NCBI GenBank assembly: GCA_965230925.1
Contig: OZ246403.1
Location: 330,455-394,454 of the forward strand
DNA length: 64,000 bases
Direction of reading: 5' to 3'
From: an uncultured Candidatus Saccharibacteria bacterium
GTDB lineage: Bacteria > Patescibacteriota > Minisyncoccia > Phycocordibacterales > JACOZG01
The number at the start of each line of letters is the position of its first letter. Position 1 is the first letter of the stretch. The notes beneath the pieces were generated by a model. That model had not been told where the DNA came from, did no database searches, and worked only from the letters and a program-made list of their open reading frames with translations. Positions 38,088 to 46,626 of this stretch are shown in pieces. A program made the translations under genes and the position numbers.

Positions 38088-38264
38088 TTAAACTACCAAT
38101 TTTAAGAGTGAGCTAAAAGCAAGGTCAGACACGCTCAAGACCACCGTCACAAGAAGGGAAATCCCAATCACAATGAGGGTATAATTAACCGTCTGACTCC
38201 GGGTCGGCCAGTTAACCTGCTTTAATTCACCTTTAGTTTCTTTTAAATAATTTGTTAGTCCCAT
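38088..38264 (-). CDS. secE: preprotein translocase subunit SecE (58 aa, below the ORF-track size cut-off)
   Basis: Manual translation: MGLTNYLKETKGELKQVNWPTRSQTVNYTLIVIGISLLVTVVLSVSDLAFSSLLKLVV. It has the conserved E.kkV.WPtr motif and a single TM, and sits immediately upstream of nusG. Confidence 0.7.
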   Translation of the reverse strand: MGLTNYLKETKGELKQVNWPTRSQTVNYTLIVIGISLLVTVVLSVSDLAFSSLLKLVV

Positions 38265-38276
38265 GTCATTAAAAAC

Positions 38277-38331
38277 AACTCCGGGCAGGAAGTTGTGCCA
38301 CCAGCTTACTCTCCTTTTTACCCATTGTCAA
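38277..38331 (-). promoter_or_regulatory. candidate promoter (TTGACA-17 nt-TAAGCT) and weak hairpin/U-run upstream of secE
   Basis: On the minus strand: TTGACAatgggtaaaaaggagagTAAGCT. Then CAACTTCC.TGCCC.GGAGTTG followed by TTTTTAA, 10 nt before the secE ATG. Confidence 0.3.
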
Positions 38332-38356
38332 ACCAGCGTCAAGCGCGGCGAGGCCA

Positions 38357-38914
38357 CTACTTCTGGCGGTGTGATTCTGGCGACACCTTCTCCGGCCCAC
38401 GATCCTTATACCGCGTAATGAAGCCACGCAAGCGGTCTAGACCATCCTGCCCCAGAGCTCCGTCGGTTAGGTCAAACTTATCCACTCGGGTCCAGGCCAC
38501 AATGGCAATATCTTTATCGTTCGCCGCTCGAGGGGTCACTATTAGCCAAGGTTCTTCAGCGCTAAGTGATTTCAGCTGGCTAATCACAGACTCAGACAAG
38601 GTGGGCCGATACGCGAGCCAAATTTCACCGTGCTCGAGGTTGTGAATAATTAATTCATCGGTAGGAGTGGTGTCGGTAGCATCATAGAAGCCGAGGCCAG
38701 CCGTCGTTTCTCCAATATGTGGCCCGGAAGATGGCGGGTTGGAATTATATGGTCCGTGCTCATCACCGAAGCCAATATGTTCCTGGCTCACTTGATCATA
38801 AGAAACGCTCAAGTCAGGAGAGTCCGGCAAACGATTCTGCACTCCCCGAACCAGAAGCCAACCTAAACCGACAATGATAACCAAAATTAGAACAATACTA
38901 ACAATTTTATTCAT
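38357..38914 (-). CDS. DUF3105-domain membrane-anchored protein
   Basis: Start at MNKIVSIVLILVIIVG. HNLEHGEIWLAYRP is the DUF3105 signature. It begins 4 nt after the upstream gene's stop, so it is in the same operon. Confidence 0.6.
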   Translation of the reverse strand: MNKIVSIVLILVIIVGLGWLLVRGVQNRLPDSPDLSVSYDQVSQEHIGFGDEHGPYNSNPPSSGPHIGETTAGLGFYDATDTTPTDELIIHNLEHGEIWLAYRPTLSESVISQLKSLSAEEPWLIVTPRAANDKDIAIVAWTRVDKFDLTDGALGQDGLDRLRGFITRYKDRGPEKVSPESHRQK

Positions 38915-38918
38915 TCTT

Positions 38919-40124
38919 CTATTCTGTAGGTTCAGGGGCCGGTTCGTCAACTGATTCTTCGGATGGTTCTTCCTCTACCTCCTCTTCTTCAGGCTCTTCT
39001 TCAACCTCCGTTTCCTCTTCTTCCTCTTCCGATGCTTCAACTACTTCCTCCTGCGGTTCTTCAGAAGGTTCTTCAACCTCTTCTTCTTCTTCTGTTTCTT
39101 CCTCTGCTACAACCTCCACCTCTTCAGTTTCTGGTTCAACAACTTCTTCCTCAAGTTCAGGCTGAATCTCTTCCATTTTTTCTTCTGGTGTTGTTTCAAG
39201 CTCATTCTCCGTATTACCAGCGCTTGAATCAATTTCTTTTGGCTTAACTTCTTCCACCCCTTCCGGCTCAAGTTTTTCTTCCGGTTCCTCTTTTTTCTCC
39301 TCAGTAATCTCTGGCTCTTCTTCTTTCACTTCATCCACTAGGTACGAGACATCGGCTGGAGTATCAAGAATCTCAACCCCCTCCCAATCAGATCGCTCAA
39401 AAATACATTCCGGCGCCTGAGGATTACGCTCTTCATAAAATTGATTGATCGATTTCCCCACAATCGCCGCGGCTACAAGCTCGCTCGGCGTCGGGTCAGA
39501 TAAAGTTAAAATTTCTTCAATTTCTTCTGCCGCTTCTTGAATAGTGGAGTAAACACCAAGACCAAGATGGTCGAAGGCGTCGCTACCCATATCGGCTCCC
39601 GCGAGCAAAGCATCTGGGTCGAGCCGACCAGAAACCAAATTTAACTCCAGCGCGAGACCATGAGCCTTAGCATAACAACGCGCGCCCTCCACCGTGTCGA
39701 CACTCGGGCATGGGAAAGAGGCGTGATCGTCAAACAAAACACAAATTTCATTACCCGAAATAGCGCCGAAGGCACCGGAAAAATTATTGCTTAAGATATT
39801 TACCTGACTCGCCCAAATATTTTCTCCTTTCCCACCGTCACAACCATCGTGATCTTGCCAAATTTTGGACGAACTGCTGACGCAAGCGCTCGCCTCCCGA
39901 TCAATCACCGCGGTCACATTGAGCACATGAGCCTCAAAAGCGGAAAGTTGGATGGAAGCGGCAAACACAATACCAAACGCCACCACCAGAGAAGGTAAGG
40001 TGAAGCGCCCTAAGATTATTTTTAAAATCGGGTTCGGAGCTGGCGCCACGTGAGGCAAAACGGTCGGAACAGAAACAATTTCTGTTTCCTTTTTCCTTAG
40101 AGCATCAACGTGTCGCCTGGTCAT
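38919..40124 (-). CDS. divergent TasA-like (SipW-cognate) secreted protein with a ~130-aa poly-acidic C-terminal tail
   Basis: Signal region ...AASIQLSAFEAHVLNVTAVIDRE shares the 'A.FEAHV.NVTA' motif of the four downstream paralogs. C-terminus is EEEPEITEEKKEEPEEK...EEEEVEEEPSEE. Confidence 0.5.
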   Translation of the reverse strand: MTRRHVDALRKKETEIVSVPTVLPHVAPAPNPILKIILGRFTLPSLVVAFGIVFAASIQLSAFEAHVLNVTAVIDREASACVSSSSKIWQDHDGCDGGKGENIWASQVNILSNNFSGAFGAISGNEICVLFDDHASFPCPSVDTVEGARCYAKAHGLALELNLVSGRLDPDALLAGADMGSDAFDHLGLGVYSTIQEAAEEIEEILTLSDPTPSELVAAAIVGKSINQFYEERNPQAPECIFERSDWEGVEILDTPADVSYLVDEVKEEEPEITEEKKEEPEEKLEPEGVEEVKPKEIDSSAGNTENELETTPEEKMEEIQPELEEEVVEPETEEVEVVAEEETEEEEEVEEPSEEPQEEVVEASEEEEEETEVEEEPEEEEVEEEPSEESVDEPAPEPTE

Positions 40125-40133
40125 AATTTATTT

Positions 40134-40568
40134 TTACTTTTCCTCGCGGAGGTTGTTGGCCGCCACCGTAATCGACCCCAAGTAAGGAATGTGAACCGGG
40201 TTCTTCCCCCAAGTAACGGCGCGACCCACCACGCTCTCATACTTCACCGGCGCATCGTTGTCGAAGTTGGCATCACCCTTGGTGGTCAACATTTTCTCAT
40301 CAAGCTCCACAATACGGTGAATGGTAAAGCCGGGTCCGCCCTCATTGCGAAACACAATTACATCACCAACCTTTAGCACTTCTCGCGGCACACCCTTAAT
40401 AAACACCAAGTCGCCTTCGTTCAACACCGGCCACATGGAGCCCGAAGTAATCGCCGCCATGGGGTAAGGCGTGTTTAAGCTCCAAGAAAGAAATTTAGGC
40501 AAGCCCCAAACAAGGCCGCCCACAATGACGATGTAAATGATTAAATTGAAAAGAAATTTTTTCATCAC
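40134..40568 (-). CDS. signal peptidase I, ER/archaeal (SipW-like) type
   Basis: N-terminal TM, then AITSGSMWPVLNEGDLVFIK (catalytic Ser box SGSMxP), then HRIVEL (His box). Small at 144 aa, as in SipW/Sec11-type enzymes. Confidence 0.7.
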   Translation of the reverse strand: MMKKFLFNLIIYIVIVGGLVWGLPKFLSWSLNTPYPMAAITSGSMWPVLNEGDLVFIKGVPREVLKVGDVIVFRNEGGPGFTIHRIVELDEKMLTTKGDANFDNDAPVKYESVVGRAVTWGKNPVHIPYLGSITVAANNLREEK

Positions 40569-41044
40569 AAGGTGGGAATCTTGAAGAGAAAGACTCGACC
40601 GTCGTAGGTATCGCCCACCACGGCGGAGGCAGGCATATAGGTGGTAAAGTTGATCTGAGCTTCTTCACGCGGAGCAAGGCGGAAATAATTTTTATCCGTT
40701 TTCATTAAGGTGCGGATACCGCCCGTCTTGAAGGTGATGATAAACATCGGAATTGGTGTGTCATTATCTATCGTTACTCGCCGCACGGCCGCTGTCCCCC
40801 GTGAGAGATCGCCGAAGTCGAGCGCCTCGTCGGTCGGATTAACCCCCACCTTCCCCTCGCCATCAATCACCTTCACCAAGGCTCGGTATTTATTGGCATC
40901 CAAGCTCACATAAGCGAGAAAAATGAGGACGATCACCAAGACCCAAAGAATAACCTTATCGAGAAGAGATAAGGGTCGGCCAGCTTGCCGCTCGAGCCAC
41001 TTGGTAATCTTCCACTTATTATTGATGATATTTTCTGTTTCCAT
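40565..41044 (-). CDS. membrane-anchored small beta-rich protein, candidate TapA-like accessory/anchor
   Basis: One TM (ILWVLVIVLIFLAYVSL) and an extracellular LDFGDLSRGTAAVRRVTIDNDT segment that resembles the LDFGTVFPQEH segment of the paralogs. Its stop overlaps the SipW start. Confidence 0.35.
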   Translation of the reverse strand: METENIINNKWKITKWLERQAGRPLSLLDKVILWVLVIVLIFLAYVSLDANKYRALVKVIDGEGKVGVNPTDEALDFGDLSRGTAAVRRVTIDNDTPIPMFIITFKTGGIRTLMKTDKNYFRLAPREEAQINFTTYMPASAVVGDTYDGRVFLFKIPTL

Positions 41045-41104
41045 AATTTAATTAATTGCTCTAACCTCCAGCCTACCACGCTTGGTAAGCCGGAGAAAGA
41101 ACAA

Positions 41105-41845
41105 TTAATGAATCCCCGTCACTTCAACCCACAAGTCGCAAGCGAAGGTCTCCCCCTCAAGCGCCGGCGGCAGTTGATACTGCACCGGATCACCAGCGTC
41201 AGGATTGAGGCCATGAACGAAGTCTGCCCAATCTTGAGCACACTCACCCGTGAAGCACGGCACCGCAAGATCCACATCCCAAGTATCAGATGGATCATTA
41301 CCAATCGTACTGCCACTCGAGCTGAACTTCACCATCTTCCCGGTCGCAAATTCAGTTTCCGGATCATGGAAGGGTGGTAAACCCACATCATTGTTCCTGT
41401 TCGCTCCGGTGCTCGGATGATTATCCGGATGCTTCGAGAGCGCCGAACACATCGTGGGATAACAATTGTCGTAGTACGGATCGCTTGGGTCATTGGCATC
41501 AGCTGGACTATTCAAGTGACACCAATCGCGCGCCGCTTCTGGTCCACCAAGGGTCGCAATCATGTTTTCCCTCGGGCGCGGCTTCTGCTTAATCACATAT
41601 TCCACCGTCCCCACTCGCGTCTGGTTAGTCGCCGAGAAAGATTCGCTGAAAGCGATGAAGAAGGACGTGAAAAGATGTTCCTGAGGGAAAACCGTGCCAA
41701 ACTGCAAAGATTGTGGGTGCACATAGAGCGCATTCTCAATCTTCGCGGTCACATTAATGACATGTGCCTCGAAGGCGGCGAAGAGTGGCGCGGTAATAAC
41801 CACCAGGGCTAGACTCAAGAAACCAACTAATAATTTTGTTTTCAT
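41105..41845 (-). CDS. TasA/camelysin-like SipW-cognate secreted protein, paralog D
   Basis: MKTKLLVGFLSLALVVITAPLFA|AFEAHVINVTAKIENALYV; C-terminus WDVDLAVPCFTGECAQDWADFVHGLNP...CDLWVEVTG. Confidence 0.55.
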   Translation of the reverse strand: MKTKLLVGFLSLALVVITAPLFAAFEAHVINVTAKIENALYVHPQSLQFGTVFPQEHLFTSFFIAFSESFSATNQTRVGTVEYVIKQKPRPRENMIATLGGPEAARDWCHLNSPADANDPSDPYYDNCYPTMCSALSKHPDNHPSTGANRNNDVGLPPFHDPETEFATGKMVKFSSSGSTIGNDPSDTWDVDLAVPCFTGECAQDWADFVHGLNPDAGDPVQYQLPPALEGETFACDLWVEVTGIH

Positions 41846-41861
41846 TAATTTAAGTTACTCA

Positions 41862-42692
41862 CTACACCGCATCAGTCGTAACTCCACTTACTTCTACCCA
41901 CAAGTCACAGCCCATAATCTTGCCGCGATTCTCTTGCGGCTGCACAAACTCGGCCGGAATTGCTTGCGGGTTAATACCGAGCACAAACTCTTCCCAATCT
42001 TGGGCGCACTGACCGCCGAAGCATGGTACGGCGAGGTCAATGGTCCAATTGTCTACCGTATCCTGCGGACTGTTCTTGGAAAGAATACCGTCGGCATCCT
42101 TCCAGCGAATCCAAGCTTCTTCCGTGATCCCTGGAGTGTTTGGGTTGTCGCCACCGAAGATCTTCCAAGGATGATGGAAGGAAGGCAAGGTCTCGTCATT
42201 GTTTGGCGTATTGTCATCCTCTTTGGAAATATATTCACAAAGTGATGGCAATACTCCCCAAGTCTCGTTCTCACCGAGTTCTCGCGGCGCCTCGCCGCAA
42301 TCGATACGATAATGCGTCTCGTCTTCGATCTCCGGCGTGCCAGGATCATCACCCAGAATAATGTGGCCAGTCGCGGTGTTCTGCGAATCAAACTGGGTAC
42401 CCTCTTCTGAAGTAATGGCGCACTTCGGCTTCTGACGAATGAAGTATTCTACATTGTCTACTCGAGTCTGACCGGCGTCTAAGAATGATTCAGACAAGCT
42501 AACGGCCATTGGTTTATCGAGATGCTCCTGCGGAAACACTGTCCCAAAATCAAGGGAATTAGTGTTTACCGAAAGGGCATTCTCAATCTTGGCTGTCACA
42601 TTAATGACATGGGCCTCGAAGGCGGCGAAGGCCGGCAAGAAGACCACCGCAATGGCTAAGCTCAAGAATCCCAGAAATATTTTGCCTTTCAT
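41862..42692 (-). CDS. TasA/camelysin-like SipW-cognate secreted protein, paralog C
   Basis: ...FLPAFA|AFEAHVINVTAKIENALSVNTNSLDFGTVFPQEHL...WTIDLAVPCFGGQCAQDW...GCDLWVEVSG. Confidence 0.55.
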   Translation of the reverse strand: MKGKIFLGFLSLAIAVVFLPAFAAFEAHVINVTAKIENALSVNTNSLDFGTVFPQEHLDKPMAVSLSESFLDAGQTRVDNVEYFIRQKPKCAITSEEGTQFDSQNTATGHIILGDDPGTPEIEDETHYRIDCGEAPRELGENETWGVLPSLCEYISKEDDNTPNNDETLPSFHHPWKIFGGDNPNTPGITEEAWIRWKDADGILSKNSPQDTVDNWTIDLAVPCFGGQCAQDWEEFVLGINPQAIPAEFVQPQENRGKIMGCDLWVEVSGVTTDAV

Positions 42693-42738
42693 GTTATTCG
42701 GTTATTACGGAATTTAAGGTAATTGAATCAACCAAGAG

Positions 42739-43569
42739 TTACGGGGCGGGTGTTGGATTAACTTCTTCTTCAACCTCATTCACGCCAGTGACTTCAAACC
42801 ACAAGTCACAACCAAACACTTTGTGTTCATTGTTTTTGTCCTGAACATAATCATCTGGATTGGCTTGTGGGTTAATTCCGTGGACGAAATCAGCCCAATC
42901 TTGAGCGCAGTAGCCACCAAAGCAAGGCACAGCAAGATCAATGGTCCAGCTATCAGTTTGGTCGCTCGGCTTGCTCATCATTCCGTTCACCTCCGTCCAA
43001 ACAATGTTCCCATCTTGATCAATCTCAAACGGTTGGTGGAATGAGGCAAGTGCACCATCTTCCCAAGCAATCGGCTCATCGGTTTCTTCATCCCAGTCAG
43101 TTGCTTCTGAATGCTTAGAGATGTATTCACACAAAGAAGGAAGAACTCCCCAATTAGCATTCTCTGGCACACCCTCGGGGCGAGTCTCCGGCTCTTCACC
43201 ACAATCAATGGTGTAATCACCTTCCGGAGTGCTGGTGTTTACAACTACGTGACCGGTAACGGTCGAGCTTTGATCAAAGCTCTCACCACCATCCCAAGTC
43301 CAAGCACACTTAGGCTTCTGGCGGATCATGTATTCCACACTCTCGACCCGATCCTCAGCCAAAAAAGAATCTGATAAAGTAATGTCTAACTTCTTATCCA
43401 AGTGTTCTTGAGGGAAAACTGTTCCGAAGTCTAAAGGATCAACTGGCACGCTCATGGCGTTCTCAATCTTGGCGGTCACGTTGATCACGTGCGCCTCGAA
43501 GGCGGCAAACATCGGCAGAACGGTAAATACCGCCGCAAGAGTGAGAAAGCCGACTAAAATCTTTTTCAT
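42739..43569 (-). CDS. TasA/camelysin-like SipW-cognate secreted protein, paralog B
   Basis: Same N- and C-terminal motifs, with a variable central region. Confidence 0.55.
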   Translation of the reverse strand: MKKILVGFLTLAAVFTVLPMFAAFEAHVINVTAKIENAMSVPVDPLDFGTVFPQEHLDKKLDITLSDSFLAEDRVESVEYMIRQKPKCAWTWDGGESFDQSSTVTGHVVVNTSTPEGDYTIDCGEEPETRPEGVPENANWGVLPSLCEYISKHSEATDWDEETDEPIAWEDGALASFHQPFEIDQDGNIVWTEVNGMMSKPSDQTDSWTIDLAVPCFGGYCAQDWADFVHGINPQANPDDYVQDKNNEHKVFGCDLWFEVTGVNEVEEEVNPTPAP

Positions 43570-43600
43570 TTGTAATTATTTTTAACTAACTAATAAGGAA

Positions 43601-45508
43601 CTAAATTGCGAAACCAGTTAACTCAATACCGTCTACGCGGAAGTACTCTGAATTAGCGTTGGAATCGTTATAGAACCGCAAAAGGAACGTGGTGTTTTCA
43701 AGTGCATCAGGCAAAGTCTCAGTATGAGAACTCCAGGCAGTGTCATCGGTTAGGTCGTGCGCCTCGAGTTCCATTGGACCACCCGTTGGTGCTGCACATG
43801 TTCCTCCAGTAAAATACTGCACTCTTCCTCGTTCTGGCCCACCAGCATCAGCATCTCCCCGCCAGTAGTAAGAGAGTTCGAGGTTTTCATAACCCGTTGT
43901 GTCTACCTGACGGCAAATCCAACCATCAACCCCATCATTTGGATTTTGATCTTCAGCAATCTTAACGAAGCGACCACCGTCAGGACTCACTGTATCTTCG
44001 CCACTCATCGTTGGGTTTACCCGAGTGGTCCCGATTTCATGCTTATTCCACCCAGGAACGGTTGCCGGATCACCGTCAGTGCCAAAGCTCTCATCGAGTA
44101 AAGTCTCTTCTACTGGGTCTTGTGGTGGCGGGTCGCCCTCACCACCCATGCCGTCACCATTCTCACAATTAGCAATCGCATCGAGCACAGTTTCCAAGTC
44201 GTCGAAGTCGGCCGCTGAGTAATAATGATCCGCTCCGCTCGCAATATTATCGCGGAGATAAGCGGCGGTGGTGTCATTAATACCATCGCCTACACCGACC
44301 ACGAAGATTTCTATCCCTGCGGCCTTAGCAGCCGTTGCGGCGGCAATACCAGCCGCTTGAGCTGCCGCCTCGCCACCAGGAGTATTCGGTTGACCATCAG
44401 TAATAATCACCATGAAGTCTGGTGACTCACCGTCTGGTCGGTCATGCATATCACCAGGATTAGCGAGTTCTCCGGTTGCGAGAGTAATTCCCTCAGCCAG
44501 ATTGGTGCTACCATCGCTATCCAAAGCGTTAATAGCGGCATTGATCATCGTTTCATCACTGGTCAAGTGAGTGTCCAAACTGCCACTAGTCGAGAAACTA
44601 CTCTGACCAATGTGCACACCATCCATTTCCGGATTAAGCGCTGTCACGAATCCTAGAGCCGCATCCTTAAGCGTTTGGAGATCGCCGCCAATACTCCCCG
44701 AGCGATCGAGAACAAGCATCACATCGGCTTTACCGGCACAGCCCACGCCGCCACCAGGCAAACTAATGCCACCCACCTCGAACCACAAGTTACAACCAAA
44801 AATCTTGTGTTCATTCTCAATCGGTTGAGTGTATTCATCAGGATCAGTAACAGTAGGATTGATGCCTGTTACGAAATCGTGCCAATCCTGCGCGCAGTGA
44901 TTGCCGAAGCAAGGCACCGCAAGATCAATGGTCCAATTATCCTCGGTGTCATTGGCTGATTTAGCCAAGTAACCAGGGGTATCGTTCCAATCGATCAACC
45001 CATTCTCGCCAATCGTCCAAGGCTTGTGGAAGGAAGCGAGTGAGCCATCATTGTCTGGAGTTTGATCATCTTCTTTAGAGATATATTCACAAAGTGAAGG
45101 GAGAAGGTAATCGGGACCTTCCTGTACACCGTCGGGCCGGTCAGCATCACAATCGATGTGGTAACCTTGCTCACTCTCATCAACGACCACATGCCCAGTC
45201 CAAGTCTCGCCCACCAAGGTCTCGCCATTATCTGTGGTTACTCCACACTTTGGCTTCTGCCGAATGAAGTACTCCACATCGTCTACGCGGTCTTCCGCCA
45301 TGAAGGAGTCAGAAAGAGCCACACGTACCGGCAAATTCAGATGCTCCTGGGGAAAGACCGTGCCGAAATCGAGAAGATCGGTGCTCACCGAGAGGGCGTT
45401 CTCAATTTTGGCTGTGACATTAATCACATGGGCCTCGAAGGCGGCAAACATTGGTGCAAAAAAGACCAAAGCAGCCACCCCAAGCAAACCAGCAAAAATT
45501 TTCTTCAT
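43601..45508 (-). CDS. TasA-like SipW-cognate secreted protein fused to a vWA domain and a C-terminal beta domain, paralog A (candidate adhesin)
   Basis: Residues 1-250 are colinear with paralogs B and C. Residues ~258-445 form a vWA domain with the MIDAS motif (VLDRSGSIGG ... T ... ITDGQPN). About 190 more residues follow. Confidence 0.6.
   Translation of the reverse strand: MKKIFAGLLGVAALVFFAPMFAAFEAHVINVTAKIENALSVSTDLLDFGTVFPQEHLNLPVRVALSDSFMAEDRVDDVEYFIRQKPKCGVTTDNGETLVGETWTGHVVVDESEQGYHIDCDADRPDGVQEGPDYLLPSLCEYISKEDDQTPDNDGSLASFHKPWTIGENGLIDWNDTPGYLAKSANDTEDNWTIDLAVPCFGNHCAQDWHDFVTGINPTVTDPDEYTQPIENEHKIFGCNLWFEVGGISLPGGGVGCAGKADVMLVLDRSGSIGGDLQTLKDAALGFVTALNPEMDGVHIGQSSFSTSGSLDTHLTSDETMINAAINALDSDGSTNLAEGITLATGELANPGDMHDRPDGESPDFMVIITDGQPNTPGGEAAAQAAGIAAATAAKAAGIEIFVVGVGDGINDTTAAYLRDNIASGADHYYSAADFDDLETVLDAIANCENGDGMGGEGDPPPQDPVEETLLDESFGTDGDPATVPGWNKHEIGTTRVNPTMSGEDTVSPDGGRFVKIAEDQNPNDGVDGWICRQVDTTGYENLELSYYWRGDADAGGPERGRVQYFTGGTCAAPTGGPMELEAHDLTDDTAWSSHTETLPDALENTTFLLRFYNDSNANSEYFRVDGIELTGFAI
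44174..44737 (-). other. von Willebrand factor type A (vWA) domain within paralog A
   Basis: DxSxS (DRSGS), a downstream Thr, and the DG...P motif typical of MIDAS. Confidence 0.6.
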
Positions 45509-45578
45509 ATTTTTTAATTATTAATATTTTAAATTTTAATCACTCGACCTTTTACCGGCTCTTCTTTAAACAGCCGAA

Positions 45579-45620
45579 CAAAAAAGCCCAAAGTCAATTA
45601 AGACCTTGGGCTTTTTTGTT
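45579..45620 (-). terminator. bidirectional rho-independent terminator (A-run, hairpin, T-run)
   Basis: aaaaaaGCCCAAAGTCaattaaGACCTTGGGCtttttt. Confidence 0.6.
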
Positions 45621-45763
45621 GAACTACCAAAGTTGCTGGCGGAGTAATCGTTGTAATCATTGCTTGGCCAACAACCGATTCCCCGCGGTTGTTACCCCAG
45701 ATTATAGGGGTGAGAAAAATGGTGTCAAAAGAGTTTTGGGCATTACCTGTGGATAACAAAAAT

Positions 45764-45921
45764 CCGGGTAGGGACGCTGGTCGGGGGAAAGATTTTGTCT
45801 TGTTAAAGGACAAAATTCCGAACAACGTCCCTACCCGAATTTCTAGGTTCAAACTGTGTCCTTTGTAAGTCCTTTACGACAATTTGTCCGATAAAGACAG
45901 GATCGGACACAAGCTTGTCCT
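45764..45921 (-). promoter_or_regulatory. dyad-symmetry-rich structured region (nested 12-bp and 8-bp stems, repeated GACAA/TTGTC palindromes)
   Basis: CGGGTAGGGACG...CGTCCCTACCCG, ATTTTGTC...GACAAAAT, GACAATTTGTC, TGTCCGAT...ATCGGACA and GGACACAAGCTTGTCC, between the Gmad2 gene and the terminator. Confidence 0.4.
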
Positions 45922-45956
45922 AGAACCAATACTAAGCGCCGCCCTTCTTTTGTCAA

Positions 45957-46379
45957 TCAGTTTGCGAAACGAATTGGCAAAGAGAAGGAATCGTCGTTTT
46001 CGGGAAGACCAGATGGATTGTCTTTTTCTAGAACCAGAAAACCTTTCTCACTCGCCGGTGGAGTAAAGGTAAGCTGGACGCTGAAAGGGACAAATTCTTC
46101 CGTCATCCACTCGCCTTGCGCTTGCGCTGGAGCAATAGCGAGAACATTCCCCGCCTCGTCGGTTAACTTTACCGGAAAAGAAGCTTCGAAATACCAAGTC
46201 CCTCTGGCTTCACCGGTAACCGTTAAGGGGCTAGTGATCTTCTCCCCCGCCACTGGACTGATTACCCTAATCAAAGGGTGGGTCGGACTCACTACCGATT
46301 GGGTTGAGAACCAATATACCCCCGCAACAACCAAAACAATGAACAATAAAATTAATTTCTTCATTACCTTATAGTACAC
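45957..46379 (-). CDS. Gmad2 immunoglobulin-like domain protein, membrane-anchored
   Basis: GEARGTWYFEASFPVKLTDEAGNVLA matches the Gmad2 (PF10648) core. GTG start at 46379; ATG MKKLILLF at 46364 is the alternative. Confidence 0.55.
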   Translation of the reverse strand: MYYKVMKKLILLFIVLVVAGVYWFSTQSVVSPTHPLIRVISPVAGEKITSPLTVTGEARGTWYFEASFPVKLTDEAGNVLAIAPAQAQGEWMTEEFVPFSVQLTFTPPASEKGFLVLEKDNPSGLPENDDSFSLPIRFAN

Positions 46380-46392
46380 ACATAATGAAAGT

Positions 46393-46433
46393 TATAAAAA
46401 GGTGCCGCGAGCTCAAGCTCGCGGCGAATCACC
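46393..46433 (-). terminator. rho-independent terminator (GC-rich hairpin plus UUUUU)
   Basis: GGTGATTCGCCGCGAGCTTGAGCTCGCGGCACC followed by TTTTTAT on the minus strand. Confidence 0.65.
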
Positions 46434-46443
46434 TCAACGTCGC

Positions 46444-46626
46444 TCACCACCAATTCTTCGGAGGAGGAGCCGGTGGCTGATCTTTCAGACACACGCTACC
46501 CCCACAATGAGGAACTTTGCTTTTGTTTTGCCCGGGCTGAATCGCAACGTCTCTGTGGCACCTGGGACAGGCTACCACAAGGTGACCATGACCCTTTTTC
46601 CTTCCGTTTCTACCTAGTTGCGACAT
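46444..46626 (-). CDS. small (60-aa) basic zinc-ribbon-like protein with a consensus Shine-Dalgarno
   Basis: AGGAGGatgtcatATG precedes the start. Protein is MSQLGRNGRKKGHGHLVVACPRCHRD...VPHCGGSVC. Bracketed by two hairpin terminators. Confidence 0.4.
   Translation of the reverse strand: MSQLGRNGRKKGHGHLVVACPRCHRDVAIQPGQNKSKVPHCGGSVCLKDQPPAPPPKNWW

Noticed and set aside
38265-38356. Possible rpmG (L33) upstream of secE, as in many bacteria
   Set aside because: The only ORF there encodes MGKKESKLVAQLPARSCF, which is unlike L33. More likely the secE promoter region.
41105-45508. Tandemly repeated about 830-bp units: CRISPR array or mobile repeat?
   Set aside because: The units are full-length paralogous protein-coding genes with diverged middles. 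There are no short direct repeats with unique spacers.
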